From the NCBI GenBank assembly GCA_951406725.2, contig OX597818.1, positions 75,888,001 through 75,952,000 on the forward strand: 64,000 nt of DNA, read 5' to 3'. Source of the DNA: Octopus vulgaris. Taxonomy: Eukaryota. Below the pieces are notes generated by a model that saw only the letters and a list, made by a program, of their open reading frames with translations, did no database searches and was not told the origin of the DNA. Position numbers and translations under genes: made by a program. Below, in pieces: positions 45,495 to 62,969 of the stretch. Position 1 is the stretch's first letter. Each line of letters starts with the position of its first letter.

Positions 45495-46725
45495 ATATTA
45501 AGGCTAATTAGAAGATAGAGTACTTGAAAAAGAAATATTAACAATATTAAAGTTTGTGTAAAAACGTTATTTGGGTAAAAACGTTATTTAATCTTAAGGC
45601 TAATTAGGGGATAGAGTATCTGAAAATGTATTAGCAATATTAATATTATGTTAGAGTGTGGATAAAAACGTTGTTTAATCTTAAGGCTAATTAGGAGATA
45701 GAGTATCTGAAAATATATTAGCAATATTAATATTATATTAGAGTGTGGGTAAAAAAAAAAAAACGTTATTTAATCTTAAGGCTAATTTGGAGATAGAGTA
45801 TCTGAAAATATATTAGCAATATTAATATTATATTAGAGTGTGGGTAATATTAAACGTTATTTAATTTAATCTTAAGGCTAATTAGAAGACAGAGTATCTG
45901 AAAAATTATATATACAATATTAAGCAATATTAACCGTTATTTAATTTAATCTTAAGGCTAATTAGAAGATAGAGTATCTGAAAATATATTAGCAATATTA
46001 ATATTATATTAGAGTGTGGATAAAAACGTTATTTAATCTTAAGGCTAATTAGGAGATAGAGTATCTGAAAATATATTAGCAATGTAAATATTATATTAGA
46101 GTGTGGGTAATATTAAACGTTATTTAATTTAATCTTAAGGCTAATTAGAAGATAGAGTATCTGAAGAATTATTAACAATATTAAACGTTATTTAATTTAA
46201 TCTTAAGGCTAATTAACAATAATTATTAACAATATTAAACAATATTAAACGTTATTTAATTTAATCCTAAGGCTAATTAACAATAATTATTAACAATATT
46301 AAACAATATTAAACGTTATTTAATTTAATCTTAAGGCTAATTAACAGTAATTATTAACAATATTAAACAATATTAAATGTTATTTAATTTAATCCTAAGG
46401 CTAATTAACAATAATTATTAACAATATTAAACGTTATTTAATTTAATCCTAATGCTAATTAGACGTTATTAATATTAAACGTTATTTAATTTAATCTTAA
46501 GGCTAATTAGAAGATAGAGTATCTGAAAATTTATTAACAATATAAAAACAATATTAAACGTTATTTAATTTAATCTTAAGGCTAATTAACAATAATTATT
46601 AACAATATTAAACAATATTAAACGTTATTTAATTTAATCCTAAGGCTAATTTGACGGTATCAATATTAAACGTTATTTAATTTAATCTTAAGGCTAATTA
46701 GAAGATAGAGTATCTGGAAAATTAT
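45495..46725. repeat. AT-rich variable tandem repeats in the LINE 5' UTR
   Basis: About 17 recurrences of AAACGTTATTTAAT(TTAAT)CTTAAGGCTAATT with mixed spacers. Confidence 0.9.
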
Positions 46726-47175
46726 TATATCGAGAACAGATATTGAAAATGTAAACAAACAAAATGACGATCGCAACTTTAACTAAGATGTGGGCCTAAG
46801 TGAAAGATAAAATAGAATAATAAATAAAATATGAAATAGATGAAATTGATACTTAATCCAACAATGTGGTCTGGATTATTTTTCTTGGTTTACGGGATTT
46901 TTTTCAGGAGAGATACTTCTTTTTCTTTCTTGCAGGAGATAACTTGATTCAGTTATTTTTGCACCATGTGCGTTTCGGCGAAAATGAAAATTACTGTGTA
47001 TATGTATATATTTATATATATATTTTTAAAAATATTTTTAACCAAAGTGTTGTAGTGATCTCAATGACTTAGAGTTTTACGTTTTGCAACTACAGTGGGT
47101 TATTTCGCCGTTCTATGCAAACTTTTTCACAGAGCAAAGGCAATCACGTCTTTCTCTGCGGAAAACGGAACCGGA

Positions 47176-47209
<34 letters not shown>

Positions 47210-47335
47210 GCCGATAATTACTACGATGATCCGGTTCTTGACTGATATACTGAGGGTATTCATATGTCCTGTCCGTGTTTATTGTGTCGTCTTCTAAGAG
47301 TATATACGTATCTATGTATATATGTTGTATATATA

Positions 47336-51624
<4,289 letters not shown>

Positions 51625-51628
<4 letters not shown>

Positions 51629-53396
51629 CCTTAAATCCTTAAAAATGTTTTAGCCCGAAGGCCGCGGCCATGCTGGGGCACCACCGCTGAATGAGCTACA
51701 CTAGTTTGTGAATCCACCTCTGATACGTGGCACTTGATCAACAAGGGAGTTCGATGCTGCTGCCCGCATCCGTGTCTCCTGTCGTGAGGTAGGTTCATCT
51801 GGGACTCCCAACAAGAAGAGATCCAGTTTAGTTTTAAAGAAACCCACATCCACACCATGTAAGTCTCTCAGGCATTTAGGGAGGATGTTAAAGAGCTGTG
51901 GTCCTCTGAAACCCAAGCTGTTGCAGTATCTGGACCTGTATTTTGATGGTGATGTTGGAATCCTTGGCACCACGCAGCGGTGCCCCGTTCTGCGGTTGGA
52001 GTAACTTTGAATGCCAAAGTTTGGGACAAGACCCTCCAGGATTTTCCAGATGTATATCACTGCATATCTCTCCCGCCTCCGCTCCAGGGAGAAGAGGTTT
52101 AATACCTTCAGTCTTTCCCAGTAGCTGACATTTTGCATTGAGACGATTTTCTTTGTGTAGCTTCTCTGAGTTGCTTCGAGTTCTGCTGTTTGTTTTATAT
52201 TGTGTGGTGACCAAAGTTGGGAGCAGTAGTCCAAGCGGCTGAGGACAAATGTTTTCCATAGGACCATCAGTGTCTCCTTCTCTCTTGTTCTGAAAGTTCG
52301 GAGAATCCATCCAGCTAGCCGTCTGCATTTTATCACCAGATTAGCAATATGCATTTGGAAAGATGCATCATTGCTCATGTCAATGCCCAGGTCACGCACT
52401 GATTTTGACTCAGGGATTGCAATTCTTCCTGGGCCAGTGTATCCAGTCTTCACGTCATTTACCTTTGTGTGCCAGTAGCGCAGGGCCTGGAACTTACCTG
52501 CATTAAACTGCATGTTGTTGTCCTCAGCCCACCTGTATATTGTGTCCAGCTCATGTTGCAGATGCGCAATATTTTCAGGGTTTTGTATTGCGTGGGAGAC
52601 TTTTGTGTCATCTGCATAGCTAGCAAGGGTGGTCATCGTAGCAACTGAAGGCATGTCTGAAAGGGCCACTATGAACATCAGTGGCCCCAAGACAGTGCCC
52701 TGTGGGACACCGCTTGTTATTTGCGTTTCCCTGGAGGTGGCTCCATTGCTCACAACTGCCTGTTTTCTGTCTTTTAGGAAGTTGTGCAGCCACTCTCCAA
52801 GTTTCCCGCCTATGCCGAGACCACGCAGTTTGTGACAGATCATACCATGGTCGACTTTATCAAAGGCTTTTGCAAAGTCAAGATATATTACATCCACATT
52901 TGAGCCATTTAGTAGCTGTTTCAACACCCAGTCATAGTGTTGCAGGAGCTGTGTTAGGCAGCCTCTACCTGGTCGAAATCCATGCTGGGTGTCAGACAGT
53001 AAGTCATTTTCTTCAAGGAACATGATTAGTTTCTTACGGACTATTCGTTCCATGACTTTGCTGATGTGTGAGGTCAGAGAGATAGGCCTATAATTTTTAG
53101 CATCTGCTCTGCTACCTCCCTTATGGATAGGGCATATTACCCCTCTTTCAGTTTGACTGGGAGCTTACCACTTGCAAGAAAGCTCTGAAAAAGAAGCTGT
53201 AGCAGTTTTGCAAGGGCTCGTTTGCACGATTTGAGAAGGATCGCTGGGAATCCATCAGGTCCAGCAGCTGAGTTTGTGTCAATCTCATCAATGGCTAGTG
53301 TGATATCATCTTCTTCGATGTTGATGTACTCAATTTTTGTCTCTTTGGCCGCTGGTAAAGTGGCAAAGAATTCTTCTGGGTTGTTTACTTGCCTGT
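51625..53396 (-). mobile_element. 5'-truncated CR1-clade LINE: RT domain, 3' UTR and (AAGGATTT)n tail
   Basis: ORF 51701-53053 carries YLDFAKAFDKVDH, GVPQGTVLGP, YADDTK, RDLG and SLERRRER. One frame break near 53137; short octamer tail. Confidence 0.93.
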
Positions 53397-55904
53397 ATAT
53401 ATATATATATATATATATACGATGGGTTTCTTTCAGTTTCTGTCTACCAAATCCACCCACAAGGCTTTGGTCAGCCCGAGGATGTAGTAGAAGACACTTG
53501 CCCAAGGTGTCACGCAGTGGGACTGAACCCAGAACCATATGGTTGGTAAGCAAGCTACTTACCATACAACCACTCCTTATATATTTATGTGTTTGTCCCT
53601 GCACCATCTCTTGACAACTAATGTCAGTGGTTTACATCCCCATAACTTAGTGGTTCAGCAAGAAAGACTGATTAAATAAGTACTAGGCTTACAAAGAATA
53701 AGTCCTGGAGGTGATTTTGACTAAAACCCTTTAAGGTGGTGTTCTAGCATAGCCGCAATCAAATGACTGAAATGAGTAAAAGAATACAAGAATATTCTGT
53801 ACTTCTACTCTTGTTATACCGTTATTATATTTCAATTTATTTTGAAAATTTCAAAAACTTTAGCCATAAAATTTTTTTATTATTAAAGCAGATGTTAAAT
53901 GAACTAGTGTTTGTAATATTAATTAACATGAAATTTTAATGGTAAATTTTAATTTAGATGACTTTAAAAAGTAAGTTTGTATCATAGAACCAGCAGTAGT
54001 CTCAGGTAGATTTGTATCAAAAGAGTTAAAGCATTGTTAAAGTAAATTTTAGCTATATATGTGAATGCATTTGACTATGTTTCAGTGTTGCTGGTATTTC
54101 TGAGATGAAGCCCAATTGCCAAAGGTTGTAACACTAGTGTAACTATTTCATATCTTATTGCCCTTTATGTGGAAGCACAATGGCCAAGTGGTTAGGACAG
54201 CGGACTCGCAGTCAGAGGATTGTGGTTTCGATTCCCAGACTGGGTGTTGTGTGTGTTTATTGAGCGAAAACACCTAAAAGCTCCACGAGGCTCCAGTAGG
54301 AGGTGGTGGTGACCCCTGTTGTACTCTTTCACTACAACTTTCTCTCACTTTCTCTTCCTGTTTCTTGAGTAATGCTGCAATGGACTGGTGTCATGTCCAG
54401 CTGGGGGGTACACATATGCCACATAAACTGGGAAACCAGGCCCATGAGCCTGGCTAGGCTTGAAAAGGGCGACATTTATTGTTATTGCCCTTTATATCAA
54501 GTAATGCAGAATGGATTGTCTTTGATCGTAGACCTGCTAGACCAGGGCTCACCTGGTACTAAGTAGCAATGACAGTGACCAGAACCATGTTGAATCTTAC
54601 ACATTCATTGTATGTATTGCATGATAGTGTCTCTGTAAAAGATGGCTCCTGACATCTAGGCTAAATCACCAAATATTTATTTTGATGGTATTCTGAGTTA
54701 CTTTCCCAATACAGATTAATTTATCACTAGTTTTGTGATAACGTTGTTGTAACTGTTTTGTTTTTTGACTCAGTCAGGGTGTGGAGAGTACCCTTGACTC
54801 TTCTTGGGGTCTCTGAAACTAGTTGTGGTGTAGGAGTAAAAAAAAGAAAAACAAGAAGTTATTTTCAACAGGAGTTCTGGCCCAAATTCTTGTAAAAGGA
54901 GTAGTTTTGGTTTCAGTCCTGCTGTGTGGCACTTTGGCCAAGTGCCTTCTAATATAACTTTGGCTTGACCTAAGCCTTGTGGGTGGATCTGGTAGATGGA
55001 AACTGAGAAAAAAACCCATTATGTGTGTGTGTGTAGATAAATACATGCCTACATATACATTACACACACACATATTCAAGTGTGGTCGATGCCAGTACTG
55101 CCTGACTGGCACCTGTGCCAGTGGAACGTAAAAAGCAGCATTCGAGCATGGCCGATGCCAGTGTTGCCTGACTTGCTCCTGTGCCGATGGCATGTAAGAG
55201 CACCATTTGAGCGTGGTTGATGTTAGGAAGGGCATCCAGCTGTAGAAACCTTGCCAAATCAGATTGGAGCCTGGTGCAGCCTCCCGGCTTGGCAGTTCTC
55301 AGTCAAACAGTCCAGCCCATGCCAGCATGTTAAACAGTGATAATGATGATGATGATGATCTATAAAACCCATCAGATTAACCCTTTAGCATTTAAATCAC
55401 CCATATCCGACCCAAATGTTCTATCTGTTTTATGTTCAAACCAGCCAAACCCAGTCTCTCACACCTACCTTACAATGTCATTTAAAAAAATGCAATCACA
55501 ATCATTCAAATCTCAAAGCTCTGAGATAAATGCATAATTAATTCAAAACATTAATTATGGACATGTTTCTGGATTAGAATCATAAGATTCATTTCTGTTA
55601 TCAACATAATACTTCGATAAATAAATCTGAAGATTCTAGGAAAACTTACCCCCTATATTTCTGACCAAGCGTCATCAGAACATATAAAAGCTAATCAGCA
55701 TATCGACATTTATATAGACGAGTGGAATCGAAGACTGTTTGATTTCATTGTTTTTCTTCTTTTTTGCCATGGGTGAGTTACAAATTTTGTTGTCTGTGGA
55801 GACATATTTTTGTAGAGAAAGGAAATAGTAGTCTTTTGGTTGCTATTTCTAAAATTTTCGGTATGTGGTCAAGTAACTTGTTGCTAAACCCTTATTGTTA
55901 TAAT

Positions 55905-55940
<36 letters not shown>

Positions 55941-56024
55941 TATATATGTATATTATGCACACACTTACACACACACACACATACACATACGCAAATAGAT
56001 ATTTATACATACACACATATATAT

Positions 56025-56206
56025 CTCTTTTACTCTTTTACTTGTTTCAGTCATGTGATTGTGGCCATGCTGGAGCACTGCCTTTAGTCGAGTAAATCAA
56101 CCCCAAGACTTATTCTTTGTAAGCCTAGTACTTATTCTATTGGTCTCTTTTGCCAAACCGCTAAGTTACAGGGACGTAAACACATCAGCATTGGTTGTCA
56201 AGCGAT

Positions 56207-56261
<55 letters not shown>

Positions 56262-56425
56262 TGTATACGACGGGATTCTTTCAGTTTTCGTCTACCAAAT
56301 CCACTCACAAGGCTTTGGTCGGCCCAAGGCTATAGTAGAAGACACTTGCCCAAGATGCCACACAGTGGGACTGAACCCGGAACCATGTGGTTCACAAGCA
56401 AGCTACTTACCACACAGCCACTCCT
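56025..56425 (-). mobile_element. SINE, dominant family
   Basis: Complete head-to-tail copy. Confidence 0.85.
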
Positions 56426-56664
56426 ACTTGGAGGGTCTCCTGTATCAGGACTGCATCATCTATATATTTTGTATACCATGTATACTTTTCATCTCATTTC
56501 TCCACCACTCGCCCTTTCTTCCCATTCCCTAATTTTATAACCTCTACACAGACTCTATCTTGACAGAATCATTAAAGTGCCTGACAAAATGTTTGCTGGT
56601 ATTTATTTTGGTTCTTTATGTTCTGAGTTCAAATTCCTCTGAGCTTGACTGCTTTTCATCCTCT

Positions 56665-57060
56665 CTCTTTACTCTTTTACTTGTTTCAGTCAGTTGACTG
56701 TGGCCATGCTAGAGCACTGCCTTTAGTCGAGCAACTCGACCCCGGGACTTATTCTTTGTAAGCCCAGTACTTATTCTATTGGTCTCTTTTGCCAAACCAC
56801 TAAGTGACGGGGACATAAACACACCAGCATCGGTTGTCAAGCAATGCTAGAGGGACAAACACAGACACACAAACATACACGCACATATATATATATATAC
56901 ATATATACGATGGGCTTCTTTCAGTTTCCGTCTACCAAATCCACTCTCAAGGCTTTGGTCGGCCCGAGGCTATTGTAGAAGACACTTGCCACGCAGTGGG
57001 ACTGAACCCGGAACCATGTGGTTGGTAAGCAAGCTACTTACCACACAGCCACTCCTGCAC
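56665..57060 (-). mobile_element. SINE, dominant family, nested in a second-family SINE
   Basis: Interrupts CTTTTCATCC...GATAAAATAAGTACC of the second SINE family. Confidence 0.8.
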
Positions 57061-57589
57061 CTGCTTAGGTTGATAAAATAAGTACCAGCTAAGCACTGGG
57101 GGCAATGAACAGTTCCCCTAAAATTGCTGCCTTGTGCCAAAATTTGAAACTGTTATTATTATTGTTATCATTATTATTATGATTATTATTATTTGTGTCT
57201 GAATCAATAGGATGTTTGTTTGCAACTTGTAAGTTTCCTTTAAAATTTGTTGTTTTATTAGTTGGTATTCCAAATTTTTTAAAACTATTAACTAAATAAC
57301 CCAGCTCTCTGCAAATGGGGTGAATTGGCCTAGTGAGAATTCACCTCTTAAGGGTGAATTTTGAGATTTTAAATTGCAAATTTAATGCTTTAAAACAAAA
57401 AATATCAATATGGCTTTCCAACTTAAAGAAGCGAAGGCTGTTGGAACAGCTGCTTTGACATTGCTTTCCCACCATTAGAAGATGTGGTCGGAAAAGAAAG
57501 TACAGAGAGCAGCAGCAACAACAACAGCAACAGCAAACTTATAGATCTGGCTGGAACTGTCCTAAAGGAATACAAGGTGGTGACAGGAG

Positions 57590-59020
57590 TAAAAATTGAG
57601 CAAGAAAATCAGTGATCTCGCAGTTTGGCACCTGGAGAGGCCATCCAATGACATTGTGGGACACTGGATGGGAGGACTGGTTAAATTGCTCAGGGTTTGG
57701 TTTGGTCTGGATTTCCAGGTGGAGAAGAACTGGGATGAAATGATGAGCAAGGTGGCCAGTTTCATCCAGAAATGGGCCAAGAGGTTGAGTAGAAGTTACA
57801 AATACTTACATCATGTCCATTATATATAATCACCTGACCATTGTGCCTTGCCCCACTTTATGTCTGACCAAAGTAGAACACATGCTTTTCTGTTTTCTGT
57901 GGAAGGGACATATTCCACTGGTCAGGTGCTCCATTTGCTGTTAACACCTGCTGAATGGAGGGCTGGGTATGTCATGACTGTTGATGTACAGACATGTGCT
58001 GAGGCTACGACACATCCAGCAATTCCTTGATGGGGATCAGGTATGGTTGCTGTTTATCAGACAAGATTTTCCACAGCTTGTCTCTTTGACCGAGATGCAG
58101 TCCTCAATCCAATGTAGACCAAAGTAGGGTGCCTGGCACCTAGAGTGCTGTCAGGCACTCACAATCCTCTGTTAGTCAGGCAATGTTGTCATAGAATTTC
58201 CACTCTGGCATTCTATAGAGGGTAAGTGTTGGGCAAGTGTGACAACATTCTCAGGGAGACTCTGGGTGTTGAGGAGAATCAACTGGCTGGTTTGTTCTCG
58301 GGGACTTTCGGGCTGGGGCCTATGGTTGATTTCCAGAAATCCTTAGCTGGGCAGTGCTACAAGGGGCCGTTACTGGTTTGGGATAAACTCTACAGACATG
58401 GAAGTGATGTGAGCCAGACTTGCTTGTGAAGTGCACAGAGTGTTCTACACACTCTTGTCCAGTGCTTAAACATTTCTACCTTGTCAGTTTATGCTGTCAT
58501 GTGTAAGATGGATTGAGCTATCAGTTGAGCCCATTGTGAAGATTAGCCCACTGCTTTCCTTTAGCTGGGAAGGGAAGGCAGTGTTTCTTTGTCTGGTAGC
58601 TTTAGCAAAAGAGGTTGTGTGGTGAAATAGATTGAACTCTTCAGCTAAGCCCTCAACTTTTTGAAGTTTCACTTGAAAAGGTAAGTGAGGGTAGCAAAAG
58701 TAGTGTTGTCTCACAGCAATTTTGTTAAAAGATGGGTGAATGTTGCAAGCTCGGTCTGATTGAACAGGCTTACTCTTAACATGTGCTTGTAGGTTGAAGG
58801 AGGACAATGTTGAGAGGGTGCTTGCCCTAGTGGTCAGGGTGACCGAAGTTTGGTGGGGTCTCTATTAGCAGCCCTAGGAAGTCTCCCTCTTTTGGGAATT
58901 ATTCATTGTAATGATTTTTTATTGTAACTATTTTTTTAACTTTTTACATACCTTTTATGTAACCCCACATTGTATTGTCCTGTACCACCACCATGTGAAC
59001 CCTTAATGGTTAATAAAGAA
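57590..59020 (+). mobile_element. Highly decayed LINE remnant (Tx1/L1-like)
   Basis: Relics such as VKLLRVWFGLDFQVEKNW and L.VWDKLYRHG; 3' part ends in AATAAAG. Clade is inference. Confidence 0.5.
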
Positions 59021-59229
59021 AACATACTTTATGTTTAAATTTCTGAATTTTTATCACTTCTTATTTTGAACTTGACAAAGACAGACATACTGTTGAAATA
59101 TCGTTCAATAAAATAACCTACAATCGAATCGCGCTCTTCGTCTTGACTGTTTACCTTTGTGAAGAGTTACGTCAATTCTTTTTTAAAAATATATTATTAT
59201 TGTTATTGTTATTATTATTATTCTCGTTC

Positions 59230-59860
59230 AGTGACCGGGCATTGCTGACTTGTTGGGTTATGTTGAACAGCTGCTGTCATGTAGGACGGATCTGTCTGTC
59301 AGCCAAATCTGTAGTGATGATTGCTATACTGTCTCCTTCAATCGGGCAGGCAAGGCAGTTTTCCTTTGGTGGATAAGGCTGAAAGGCATGAGGACAGATA
59401 TATTCCTCTTTGGTAGATCTCACATTGACTTCTTCAAGTTTCACTTGAAAAGGAAATTGAGGGTGGAGAGGGAAGTGTTCTCCTCGAGCGAGTTTGTTGC
59501 AATGTGGGTGAAAGTTGCAAAAATGGTAAGAGTGGATGGTACCTCTCTTAGTGTAGACCTATTAGTCAGAGACAAGGAATTGGAGAGGGTACTTGCTCCT
59601 GGGGTTTCCGGGAAATCTCAGACAGTGGGGTTCCTCTATTATCCCTAGAGGCCTTCCTGTACCAGAAAGGTCACATCTCTATCATCCTCCCTGCCATTTT
59701 TTTAAAACCTTTGTATGCTATTCATATGTCCCTTCCTTTTCAGTGTATACCATGTATACTTTCTTTCTTTTCATCATTTCATTATATGGGAACCCCAACA
59801 CTTTATATCTGTCTTTGTATTGTCCCCTTCATCCTTCGCCCTTGTGGCAAATAAATGAAA
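59230..59860 (+). mobile_element. Related LINE 3' fragment
   Basis: Shares AAGTTTCACTTGAAAAGG and GAGAGGGT.CTTGC with 58660-58830; FFKFHLKRKLRVER. Confidence 0.5.
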
Positions 59861-59951
59861 TCATTATTATTATTGTTGTTTCCAGATTAAATTTTTAAAA
59901 TGAATTTTACAAACTGCATCTTTCCTTTATTCTCTTGTTTTCAAACTATAG

Positions 59952-60128
59952 GATCAACAACTGTATTGGTGCCAATAACCACAGAATATTCATAGTCTGC
60001 ATGATATTTTTTCTATTCTGCGGTCTTTATGGTTCTCATTTAACATTTACCACAGTGTGTACACCAGAGATGTATTTTAACTGGATTCTCTTCCCAAATG
60101 ATTGTAGATTTATCTACAGTGACTTTCA
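59952..60128 (+). CDS. ZDHHC23: ZDHHC23-like coding exon 4 (INNCIGANNHRIFIV...YSDF)
   Basis: Completes W-INNCIGxxNHxxF of the DHHC domain. TAG acceptor at 59949-59951 and GTAAGT donor at 60129; phases are consistent. Confidence 0.92.
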
Positions 60129-61963
60129 GTAAGTAAAAGAACATAAAAAATATTTCTTCTTTTGTTGTGATTATTAGCTTTGGTCTCCTATTATAACATA
60201 TACTGTACTGTTTTAGAGATTACCCTATGCTATGATGTCTCTCCACTCACATGTCATTTCCCTTTCTCTCATCCTTCTCCTGTCTATTATATTATTACTA
60301 TTCTGCTGGTCTCCACTCCTTCTGAACTGCCAGTCAACACCTATGCTTCCCACTCTCTCTTCAACTCATATGTATCATTGATTACTCCTCCACCATTTAC
60401 TATATTCACCCCTCAACCCTATCCATTCTTTAGTTGTCATCTACTGTCCCCTACTTTCTAGCTAGCATATTTATCATCAACCCCACCCCACTTCAACCCT
60501 TGTTCTTAATTACAGTTTATTCGAACAACTACTCCATCTCTAACCATCTACTATTCTTCTTATACACTCTTGCAAACCCTATCTACTCACCCTTCACATT
60601 TCTGCCCAACCTCTAAAGTCCACTCTGATACTTCATCACCATTATTTTATCCCACTTTCCAGCTCCACACTTATTCTTCCCATCCACCCTTGTATAAATT
60701 GAGTAGCTATGTATTTCCTCTACAACTAAAGACTTGTTCCCATCCCTCTTTCGTACCTTTCATCATCTAACTCAAAGCTTCCCCCACTACCCTTTACTAT
60801 AGCCATATCACTTGTAAGTGCAAGTGATCTTAGCATTTAGATTATTGTCAGATTTAATGCTTATTTATTCACATTGTTTTGAATTAATCATGTATTACCT
60901 TGTAGCTTTGAGATTTTGATGATCTGATTTTTTTAATTTTTAGACTGACATTGTAACATAAGTGTGAGAGGTTGAATCTGGCCTGTTTGAACATAAAGCA
61001 AATAAGATATTTTGGTCAGATATGGCTAGTTTAAATGCTTAAGAGTTAATTATGTTAATATAAAAATTACCTAATCATTAAAGAGTTGTTTTAAAAGTTT
61101 TAGCTGACCACAGAAATTAGCAAAAATCATTTATGACATGAACAATAATCTGTTACACTGTGTAACAGGATTTTTGTCCTTAGGTAGCAACTATTATTTC
61201 CTATTTGCTTACCCCTAGAAAGTATGAAAACTTTGCTTTTGTTACATTTATTCAAACCCCAAAGAATCCCTCTCAACACAAGGCTATGATGCTCCTCACC
61301 TACTCCTGCTCATGATCAGAGATGCACATACTGTCAGTCATTAAGGAATATGTTTAAATAGTTAAGGTCAAGCAACTGACAAGCAAATCTGTGGTATTGA
61401 GCAGAATATTTGTTATAATGATATTTCTTCTTCAGTAACTCAGTGCTGAATCTGTCTGAAATGTAATGGAAAATATGTTAGTTTCAAAACATTGATGTCT
61501 AGGTCACAAAGGCAAAGTTTGAAGGGAATAGTAGTCATTTCCCTTGATTTCTAGATAGAACCAAATAGGAAATAACACTTCCTGACCAAAGACAAAAAAA
61601 AATAAAATAAAAATTTTGTTACACAATGTTATCTTGTCTCCAAAATTCTGTGCTTCCTGAAATTACTCAACATTACTCTTGATGTGCCAAAGCACCTTTT
61701 CCTCTTTATGGCTATTTTATTGTTCCCTTTCTTGTTTTTTTATGTTTTATCCATTGTACTATGCATATATATATCTAGCTTTCATTGCTGTCTTTTCTTA
61801 GTTGATTTATATGTCTGCTTTCTGTCCCCTCATGCAACTAAGCAGTGTATTGAAAAGGTTCATTATTATCATGACAGTATTGTTTTAAAACTTTTACTTG
61901 GCATCACAAATAACCAAATAACTAACTATGAAGTTTACAATATTCTATTCTCTTGTTTTCCAG

Positions 61964-62216
61964 AACATCCATTAGCTTTGTGACAGCTTGCTATGTTTCA
62001 ATAAGCACTGCAGTTATGCTCTTGGCATTTTTACAGCAAATTATGCTGATCAGTCAGAACATCACATCACAAGAGTTGCATCAGGCATTGGTGCGCAAGA
62101 AAACCTTCTGTGGTATTTATGCTTATAATAACGTTCACAACAAGGGTTTTTTACGCAACTGGATGGAGTTTATTTTTAGACCATCTCGGAGTATTTCACA
62201 GAAGATTCCCATGTAA
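61964..62216 (+). CDS. ZDHHC23: ZDHHC23-like last coding exon (ISQNITSQE; NVHNKGFLRNWMEF)
   Basis: CAG acceptor at 61961-61963. Carries a TTxE-like motif and a PaCCT-like NxxxxGxxxNW motif typical of DHHC enzymes; TAA stop. Confidence 0.9.
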
Positions 62217-62362
62217 ACATTTTTTTAAATATGTGTGTGCGTGTGGCAGGGGTGGGGAGGGTATGCGTATATATTTATATATATGTAGGTATATATATCT
62301 ATGTATACGTGTGTGTATGTATATGCATATATGTGTGTGTGTGTATGATGATTATGTGTGTG

Positions 62363-62394
<32 letters not shown>

Positions 62395-62445
62395 GATAAA
62401 TGAAAAGAATGGAGTCGAACAAAGATTTTAACAAAATTCCTTTAC

Positions 62446-62526
62446 TTTCGACATATGTTTCGAAGACTGCATACTCTTAATTTCGAAGGAATGAAGGTTG
62501 CATTATGCCGTCTTCTCATCAGGAAA
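62446..62526 (-). ncRNA. Type I hammerhead ribozyme motif in the left arm (antisense copy)
   Basis: Reverse complement of the right-arm motif (TTTCGACATATGTTTCGAAGAC...GTCTTCTCATCAGGAAA on +). Confidence 0.85.
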
Positions 62527-62693
62527 TACAAGGAACCTCTATCAGCCTCAAGACAAACAAAAGCTTCTTACCGTCTGCCTACATGGTTTCCACAGTGATA
62601 ATTTTAAATAAATACTCATTATCACTGTGGAAATCATGTAGGCAGACGGTAAGAAGCTTTTGTTCGTCTTGAGGCTGATAGAAGTTCTTTGTA

Positions 62694-62774
62694 TTTCCTG
62701 ATGAGAAGACGGCATAATGCAACCTTCATTCTTTCGAAATTAAGAGTATGCAGTCTTCGAAACATATGTCGAAA
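62694..62774 (+). ncRNA. Type I hammerhead ribozyme motif in the right arm
   Basis: TTTC-CTGATGA(62698-62704)-GAAGACgGCATA..TATGCaGTCTTC-GAAA(62759-62)-CATATG-TC(62769-70)-GAAA. Confidence 0.85.
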
Positions 62775-62969
62775 GTAAAGGAATTTTGTTAAAATCTTCG
62801 TTCGACTCCATTCTTTTCATTTATTCATATAAAAAAACACACAAATTTCCACACACGAAAACGGGGTTCGGCCCTTGGCATGTAACTTCAACCGTGTTTT
62901 ACTGACGTGAATTTGCTACCCAGGTATCGATTAACCGAATTATCCATACTAGGATAATTCATTCATCTA

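Larger units (their letters stand above)
42701..47175 (-). mobile_element. 5'-intact CR1-clade LINE (long 5' UTR, ORF1, ORF2 cut by the gap)
   Basis: Starts after (TA)n at ~47175, with a ~1.7-kb leader and uninterrupted ORF1 and ORF2. Confidence 0.88.
62396..62824. repeat. Near-perfect inverted repeat (two ~207-bp arms, 15-nt loop)
   Basis: 62396-62602 is the reverse complement of 62618-62824, with about six mismatches seen by eye. Loop 62603-62617 contains AATAAA. Confidence 0.95.

Noticed and set aside
45495-46725. CRISPR-like repeat-spacer appearance
   Set aside because: The spacers are themselves repetitive, the context is a eukaryotic LINE leader, and there are no cas genes.
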